From NCBI GenBank assembly GCA_965228855.1, contig CBDDIJ010000003.1:3648001-3712000 (forward strand): DNA of 64,000 bases, given 5' to 3'. Of the stretch, positions 58,124 through 64,000 are shown one piece after another. A program made the position numbers and the translations under genes. The notes under the pieces are model-generated. The model did not search any database. It worked only from the letters and a program-made list of their open reading frames with translations, and was not told the origin of the DNA. Source of the stretch: Candidatus Obscuribacterales bacterium. GTDB lineage: Bacteria > Cyanobacteriota > Vampirovibrionia > Obscuribacterales > Obscuribacteraceae. Position 1 is the stretch's first letter, and each line of letters begins with the position of its first letter.

Positions 58124-59351
58124 GCTTCCATCCGATGTCATTTTTTCGATTCTTCATTTTGCGGTCTAAACGCACATAGTTTTTTGTGATTTCTTTATCC
58201 TGAGGAGCGAGGGCGCTGGCGCGGCGGTACAAATCAAGCGCTTCTCGGTAGTTTCGAAAGTGGGTTTCGTAATCAAGGCCAAGGCGGTACATTCCGCGCG
58301 CGCGAGTCAGCGTATCCGAAATTTGTGCAGGACAGTTGTGCAATCCGAGCTGATACTGTGCCATTGCACGAGTGGGTCGACCTAGACGATCGTAAATATC
58401 ACCTAAAGCTAAACGAAAAAATCTGCAACGCCAGGATTTATCAACTTGCGTGGATGTGGACAGAACAATCTTCTCGCTATCCGCATCGGGTACTCGCTGC
58501 ATCAACTCAAACACGACTGCCTTGGACGCATCCATGTCTTTAGCCTGCTGTTTCATGCAGAGAAGGTCTAGTAAGGCAGTCTCAAGCGCTTCTTTGTCCT
58601 TGTTCATTATCCGCAGTTGCCGGGTTGCTACTTGAGCTGCGAGTTGATCGCACGGAGAGGTGCGTGCTGCAGTCAGGTAGCACTGCACCGCCTCCTCTCC
58701 GCGCCCCATTTTGGAAAGCACTTCTGCCTTCACCAGGTTGGCGCGAGAATCGTCGGGATTGGCGTGCAAATCCCACTCCACAGCCTCGAGCGCCTCATCA
58801 AACTTTCGGTGAGCCATTCGGATTTGAGCTAAATTAGCTCCATAACCTTCACCCTTCCGCCCGGCTTTGGCGGCCAGCAGGAAAAACTGTTTAGCCCGTT
58901 CTCTCTGACCGCCGCGGTCCAGAGCAAGACCAAGCTGAAACAGCTTCTCCCCGTCTTTAGCAAGCAGTCTTGCACATGCGTCAGCGTCTTTCAGAGCTTC
59001 TTGTGGGTCATTCATGCGCAGATAGATAAGGCACCGCCTGTAGTGACCGAGACCGAACGTCGGGTCGCTTTTAATGGCGCGATCCAGTGCATCAATCGCC
59101 AGCTGCTCAAAACCCTTTAGCTCGAAGTATTGGGCAAGAAGGTAATTCGCTTGAACATTTCCGGGCTGAGATTCAACGATACCAGACAGTTCCGACAGGT
59201 CGCGCTCCGTTGCCGTCGATTCTTTTATCCGCTTTTCGATAGCGGGAAATGAGTAATCAGCCGCCCCGCCCTGCGCAAAAGCCAGAGGCGGCGCGACCAG
59301 CAGTGCGACTAGCAAAAGACTAGCCGCGGCGAGGACAGTCTTCCGCATCAT
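58071..59351 (-). CDS. Secreted multi-TPR protein
   Basis: Signal peptide ending AFA; repeated TPR helices. Confidence 0.85.
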   Translation of the reverse strand: MMRKTVLAAASLLLVALLVAPPLAFAQGGAADYSFPAIEKRIKESTATERDLSELSGIVESQPGNVQANYLLAQYFELKGFEQLAIDALDRAIKSDPTFGLGHYRRCLIYLRMNDPQEALKDADACARLLAKDGEKLFQLGLALDRGGQRERAKQFFLLAAKAGRKGEGYGANLAQIRMAHRKFDEALEAVEWDLHANPDDSRANLVKAEVLSKMGRGEEAVQCYLTAARTSPCDQLAAQVATRQLRIMNKDKEALETALLDLLCMKQQAKDMDASKAVVFELMQRVPDADSEKIVLSTSTQVDKSWRCRFFRLALGDIYDRLGRPTRAMAQYQLGLHNCPAQISDTLTRARGMYRLGLDYETHFRNYREALDLYRRASALAPQDKEITKNYVRLDRKMKNRKNDIGWKLKDAWYSFWQVFSPVQP

Positions 59352-59911
59352 TTGTGGGAAAGTTTGAAACTGATCCGCAAGTCCGTTCTGTAAGTTTTGT
59401 CTTTACACGGCGAGACGTTAACGGTGACATTGTTACTGCCATGCTGACCTGTGATTGTAGAGAGCGCGCCACTGCCAGTGGTTTTTACTTTCCACTGATA
59501 GCTTTTCAGCGCATCTTCGTACCAGCCCAGCACCACATCCGGTGCCTCCTTGGCCCGATATGTCATCGTCACTGCCGCACCGCCAGGCTTGTTGGGATAG
59601 AGCAAGCCCTCGGTAAATAGAGTTCCCGCTCCTGTGTAGCGAGGCAGATCCGGCAAATCCATCGGCTGTTTCAACAACCGCCAGGCAGCCTCACCGGTGC
59701 CACCAGACTCAGCGCGTTGTGCCAACATCCAGCGCTGGCGCTCACGGTAAGCCTTCGCATCTTCGCGAGCCTTAGCCTCGGCTTGTGCGGGCGACAACGA
59801 TGTTGTCTTCGCTTGTTGAGAGGCTTTCGTCTCAGCTGCCTGTGCCGGTGACACCTCGGGCGCGGCAAGACAAACCGCCATCAAAAGTGCGACTTCAATT
59901 TTGCGCATCAT
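59348..59911 (-). CDS. Secreted hypothetical protein
   Basis: Signal peptide ending AQA; LPDLPRY.G and VLGWYEDALK; overlaps the next gene's start. Confidence 0.7.
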   Translation of the reverse strand: MMRKIEVALLMAVCLAAPEVSPAQAAETKASQQAKTTSLSPAQAEAKAREDAKAYRERQRWMLAQRAESGGTGEAAWRLLKQPMDLPDLPRYTGAGTLFTEGLLYPNKPGGAAVTMTYRAKEAPDVVLGWYEDALKSYQWKVKTTGSGALSTITGQHGSNNVTVNVSPCKDKTYRTDLRISFKLSHK

Positions 59912-59955
59912 CAGTCTAAGCGAGCTCCTTTTGTTTAGACAAAGCCGCTTCTACT

Positions 59956-61992
59956 TTAGCACGGGCAGCAGAACTGTCCGCCGCCGTTTGCACGGTTGCG
60001 CAGCTTGAGAACGCCCATGATATTTCTGAAGCCGGACGATGGAGTCCAAACCGCCGAGTCGTTGCCCACTGCCTGGGAATCGAGAGGGCAATCCCACGGG
60101 TGAGGGTAGCCGCACTCGCCACTGCAGTTGGTGATGTTGTCGAGCGTGAAGTTGCCAGAAGAATAGTTCTGTGGATTGCCATCGGGCAGATTCAAACCGG
60201 GCATCGAGAGGTCCGGAAGTGGCCACGGAGGCAGGCTGGTGCTCAGAACAATCTGGTTGCTGCTCGGATTGAGATATATGTAGCTGACGCGATTGAAAGC
60301 CACGGTGGAGTTCAAGACACCGTTAATTTCAGCGTCGCCTGCACCAGGTTTCATCTGGCGCATGTACGTTCTCAACTGCGGAACAATACCTGATGACTGA
60401 GTTTGTTGCAGAAGCTCACTGAGCTTGCCTTCTCGAATCTGAGTCAAACCGCAATCATTTCGGTTGTAATACTTCAAACCGGTGTTGTTAGCATTCGCGT
60501 TGATTGTCGCGCATTCGGAGCCGGAAGCACGCTCAGCGCAGATGTCGAGGTGGTACTTCTCGACAGCCATCAGGTTGTTCACTGGATTACCGTTGGCTCC
60601 AGGATCTCCGGGCTGACCGTAAGTAGATATGAACTTATCCAGGTTACAGGGCTGTCCGCCATCCGACGTCATCGTGGTGGACGGAGGTCCGCCCTGCGCA
60701 TGCGTCGTCGAGCCGTTGGTGCACTTCGAGACACCGTTGCCATGGACGAAATTGATAAATCCCTGGTCTTGAGCAAGTGCAGATGGATTGGAATTGAAGT
60801 TACCGTAGCTATCGATACCAGCTGAATTCAACTTGCTAGCCAGTTGGGATTGAGCAGTCGGATCGCCGCTTTGAAGAGCGTTCAAGTTGGAATCCACAAA
60901 GTTCTTCACATCGGAGAGCGTGTTGCCACCACCTGATTGATCGGCAATAAGTCCGGTATTGGAGTTGCCACCAAGAACCTCCACATAGTTGGGACTCATT
61001 AGCTTATCTTGCCAGATGTCGAACCCGCCGCCGTATTGCGTACCGCTCAAGCTGCCGGTGTTGTCAACCACGATGACACCGCGACGAATATCGCCGGGAA
61101 ATTGCTTGTCGAGCGAGCCTACGAGCGACATAGCCAGTGCTCTTGAGTTTTGTGCGCTGGCGGTTTTATCCTGCGCGCGACCGGCCGAACGATATGCGTT
61201 GGGTGGGACATAAGCCGGGATCTGTCCTCTGCTTTGCTCGGAATTGAAGTTCCGTTGCGACACAAGGTGAGGAGGCAGACCTGGTCTTAAAGGAACGCCC
61301 CAAACCCCAGTCGGTCCATTGGCAGCCAGGAGAGTATATCCACGAAGGAAGCGACGTCCTGCCGGCTGACCGCTCACTGTCGTCGAATTAGAGTCATTAA
61401 GCGGAGGTCCGCCCGATAGAATTTGGTTGGTTTCAAGAAATACGTTTGTAGCAGCGCCTCTGGCCATCAATGAAATGGCGTGTTCGGTGCCAACGTGGAA
61501 AACCGGGTTGCTCGCCGCTTCGAACATTCTCATCGCGTGATTCTGCGCGACGTTTCCAAAGTGTCCATCGAAGTTGCTCGAATTGCTCAGTTCGTTGTTT
61601 AACCTATCGCTGATGCCCTGCAACAAAGTCATCATCTGCGCAGCATGTGCATTAGCTTGTGCCGTATTGAGTGCCTGAGCATTTGCGGAGACCAGATAGG
61701 TCTGCGCAACCAGTTTGTTAAAAGTCAAAAGATTGACTTCACCTGTATCCGTATCATCCGAATCACCGAAGTGATTGATCTCATCTCCGCTCTGAAGCAC
61801 CGTACCCGGATGCCTCAAAACTTGCTTGGCGACGTTGAGGTTGCCCGCGTCAGTGGCGTGCTGGAGCTCTTGTCCGCCGCCGAGCTGCATGATCATGAAC
61901 AGCAAGCCGATTCCCAGAATCACAAGAACAAGCGCGCATACGACTACTAGAGCCAGTAAGGCACCTTTTTTAGAGCGACGACGTCCAGACAT
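59956..61992 (-). CDS. TadG-like large pilin-anchored protein, putative pilus-tip adhesin
   Basis: MSGRRRSKKG|ALLALVVV class-III-like signal, ELQHATDAG motif, Asn/Gly/Ser-rich body, Cys-rich C-terminus. Confidence 0.7.
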   Translation of the reverse strand: MSGRRRSKKGALLALVVVCALVLVILGIGLLFMIMQLGGGQELQHATDAGNLNVAKQVLRHPGTVLQSGDEINHFGDSDDTDTGEVNLLTFNKLVAQTYLVSANAQALNTAQANAHAAQMMTLLQGISDRLNNELSNSSNFDGHFGNVAQNHAMRMFEAASNPVFHVGTEHAISLMARGAATNVFLETNQILSGGPPLNDSNSTTVSGQPAGRRFLRGYTLLAANGPTGVWGVPLRPGLPPHLVSQRNFNSEQSRGQIPAYVPPNAYRSAGRAQDKTASAQNSRALAMSLVGSLDKQFPGDIRRGVIVVDNTGSLSGTQYGGGFDIWQDKLMSPNYVEVLGGNSNTGLIADQSGGGNTLSDVKNFVDSNLNALQSGDPTAQSQLASKLNSAGIDSYGNFNSNPSALAQDQGFINFVHGNGVSKCTNGSTTHAQGGPPSTTMTSDGGQPCNLDKFISTYGQPGDPGANGNPVNNLMAVEKYHLDICAERASGSECATINANANNTGLKYYNRNDCGLTQIREGKLSELLQQTQSSGIVPQLRTYMRQMKPGAGDAEINGVLNSTVAFNRVSYIYLNPSSNQIVLSTSLPPWPLPDLSMPGLNLPDGNPQNYSSGNFTLDNITNCSGECGYPHPWDCPLDSQAVGNDSAVWTPSSGFRNIMGVLKLRNRANGGGQFCCPC

Positions 61993-62246
61993 TGAGAGAA
62001 CCTCTTAGAGAGTGAATGAGTTTCCGGTCCGTACTCCCGAAGGTTGGTGGGACACAGGGTTTACACTGGTAATGCCTATCTTAACAAAGTTTAATTTTAA
62101 GCCCGACACGCCAAGTGGTCAAGTAAAAAGTGCACAGTTTCCCAAAAATACTAGGGGAATTGTATGAAAACGCCCAATCATTGGCAATTTCGTGAATGAC
62201 ATTGTAAATGAGAATCGAGTCAGGGCGCACAATATCAGTGGTGTAA

Positions 62247-63023
62247 TCACCCGGATTTTTTCTCCAGATGCGCGCGCACTCGAGTCAGATTCTTCTCAGT
62301 CTGCGTCACAAGGGCTGGTTCGGTCTTTCTTCGGATCGCCAGCGCCTCTTCATATCGACTCTCCGCTTCCTTCCACAAACCTTTCTTTTCCGCCAGTTCT
62401 CCGAGTAAACACAAACTGACAGCTACATGCGGATGATTGGGTCCAAAATGTTCGCGACGAATCTCGAGCTGTTCCAACAACAGCGGTCCCGTGTCTGCGC
62501 ACCGATCCTGCGCACACGCCGCCGATATACATAGGTTGAGACCTTCCAACAGTTTCTCACTCTTCGGATCACAACACTCGCGCTCCAAACGCAAAGCCTC
62601 TTGAGCAGCGATTTGAGAGTTCGAAAAATCTTTCTTGCGGTAAAACAGCTTGGCGCTCTGTTTGTATAAAGGGATCAGCTGTTCGTTATTATCTCCACCA
62701 GCCTTCGCCGAAGCGATAGCAGCATCAATAGCAGCTCTTGCGCCTTCTGAATCGCTCAGTTCCTGATTGACTTCAGATAGATCCAGATAAATGGGCGCAA
62801 GCAAAACGCCATCGACGCGCTTATCGACAGCTTCCTTCAGACCTTGAGATATAAACCGCTTGGCGTCACGGTAAGCACCTTTATGCATCTCGATCCGACC
62901 GGCGCGAACCGAGTCCTTCCAGCCGGGAGCCGCCTGCGATTGCGTGCATGATACTGAGCCCGAAACGGTAAATAGAACCAAACAAAATATATGGAATTTG
63001 CGCTTCACTTTGCTCGTCTTCAA
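62247..63023 (-). CDS. Secreted TPR protein with kinesin-light-chain-type repeats
   Basis: LEIRREHFGPNHPHVAVSLCLLG and EAESRYEEALAIRRK. Confidence 0.85.
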   Translation of the reverse strand: MKTSKVKRKFHIFCLVLFTVSGSVSCTQSQAAPGWKDSVRAGRIEMHKGAYRDAKRFISQGLKEAVDKRVDGVLLAPIYLDLSEVNQELSDSEGARAAIDAAIASAKAGGDNNEQLIPLYKQSAKLFYRKKDFSNSQIAAQEALRLERECCDPKSEKLLEGLNLCISAACAQDRCADTGPLLLEQLEIRREHFGPNHPHVAVSLCLLGELAEKKGLWKEAESRYEEALAIRRKTEPALVTQTEKNLTRVRAHLEKKSG

Positions 63024-63220
63024 TTCCCGCCGACATGCAGTTTCTCACTTTGCATACAAACAACTATACGCGCTATGAGCGAGAAAGAAAAAAATCGATA
63101 TCAAGTTTTATTCGGCGTGATACAAACCCTTCGAAACGGTGTTTATTCGACACCTGATGGTCGTTAAGATATACTCGGAACGTAAGACAGTATTTCATCT
63201 CTAGAGAAGGCACGGAAAAG

Positions 63221-63784
63221 TTGAACGCCGAGAATGAAAACAAAGATAATTCGCCTGAGACCAAAATCGCGGATGCTGATGCGACGTTGAAACTCGAGGC
63301 AACTAGTGAACCCACTACCGCCGAAATCGCGACTGCAAGTGCGTCTTCGACGACGGCGAACACCGGCAGACGGGAAGACCGGAAAAATTGGGCAACGAAT
63401 GTCAATCAAACACTCGACTACATTGGCAAGATCAGCAATGACAAGAGTTTGCATTTCCGCTCGTCAGACAAGCTGACCTCCAAGCTTTTGATAGGCGCTT
63501 TTCTACTCGCAGTCGGTTTTGCTGCGCTGCCGTTCTTCGAGATGAACGCAATCGCCGCAATCGCGTATTTGCTGGCCGATGTGCTTCTGTTCGGAGCAAT
63601 TCTCGTTTTTGTAATCAGCAGATTCGGAATTATCCGGGCGATGGATCCGCGGCACGCACTGGTGTGCTGGCATCTCATGGTCGGCACAGGATTACTTGCA
63701 CTGGTTATCGGCTTCAACATTGTGGCCGCGTGTGTTGTTGTTATGATGAGAGAAAGGCTGCAGTTGCTATTCCCCGGTGGTTAG
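63221..63784 (+). CDS. Hypothetical membrane protein
   Basis: Three C-terminal TM helices. Confidence 0.6.
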   Translation: MNAENENKDNSPETKIADADATLKLEATSEPTTAEIATASASSTTANTGRREDRKNWATNVNQTLDYIGKISNDKSLHFRSSDKLTSKLLIGAFLLAVGFAALPFFEMNAIAAIAYLLADVLLFGAILVFVISRFGIIRAMDPRHALVCWHLMVGTGLLALVIGFNIVAACVVVMMRERLQLLFPGG

Positions 63785-63785
63785 G

Positions 63786-64000
63786 ATGCTCTCCAAAATT
63801 TTTCGTCTGTCTGGCTTTGCTTTGAGTTTGCTCGCGGCGACCATCGTTACGTCTACCATCGATTCCTCGACCCCGATGGAAAGCGCTTACGCAGCGAGCG
63901 GGAATGGCGAAGTGGAGCGCGGAAGCGCAAGCAGTTTTCCATATGCGCGACTGGACTTTCAAGTCAAAGCCTCCTGCGTTACCTGTCTTCGTCGCGTAGC
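63786..64000 (+). CDS. Partial secreted heavy-metal-associated (HMA-like) protein, runs off the window; not in the ORF track
   Basis: Hand translation MLSKIFRLSGFALSLLAATIV...RLDFQVKASCVTCLRRV; signal-like segment plus a CxxC in an HMA-like context. Confidence 0.6.
   Translation, partial: MLSKIFRLSGFALSLLAATIVTSTIDSSTPMESAYAASGNGEVERGSASSFPYARLDFQVKASCVTCLRRV

Overview
A 64-kb, gene-dense bacterial chromosomal window of roughly balanced GC. The gene mix (three kinase-TM-LRR Ser/Thr kinases, many TPR and secreted hypotheticals, Tad-type pilins, a cyanobacteria-like conserved protein) suggests a non-photosynthetic cyanobacterial relative such as Melainabacteria/Obscuribacterales; this is inference only. 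Recognisable content: a cimA-leuC-leuD-leuB operon, an HtrA protease, an RND pump/MFP/NemR-like TetR locus with a duplicated promoter-operator, plsC, a methyltransferase, a Rieske oxygenase, divergently arranged eutB and eutC-eutA, an ArsR/SmtB regulator, a membrane glycosyltransferase, an ABC-2 exporter, ltaE, a NarL/HisKA_3 two-component pair behind DUF1800-DUF1501, a tandem USP, a DUF151 nuclease and TadE/TadG-like genes. I saw no tRNA, rRNA, CRISPR array or transposase. The most notable item is missing from the ORF track: a 51-aa, 17-Cys, His-free metallothionein-like gene (30180-30335, minus strand) directly behind the Cys-rich ArsR/SmtB gene, with its own RBS, terminator and a candidate operator. 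Also notable are a promoter-bounded structured RNA or attenuator of about 310 nt upstream of the ABC exporter, a 6S-like RNA candidate, and the head-to-head eutB/eutC split.
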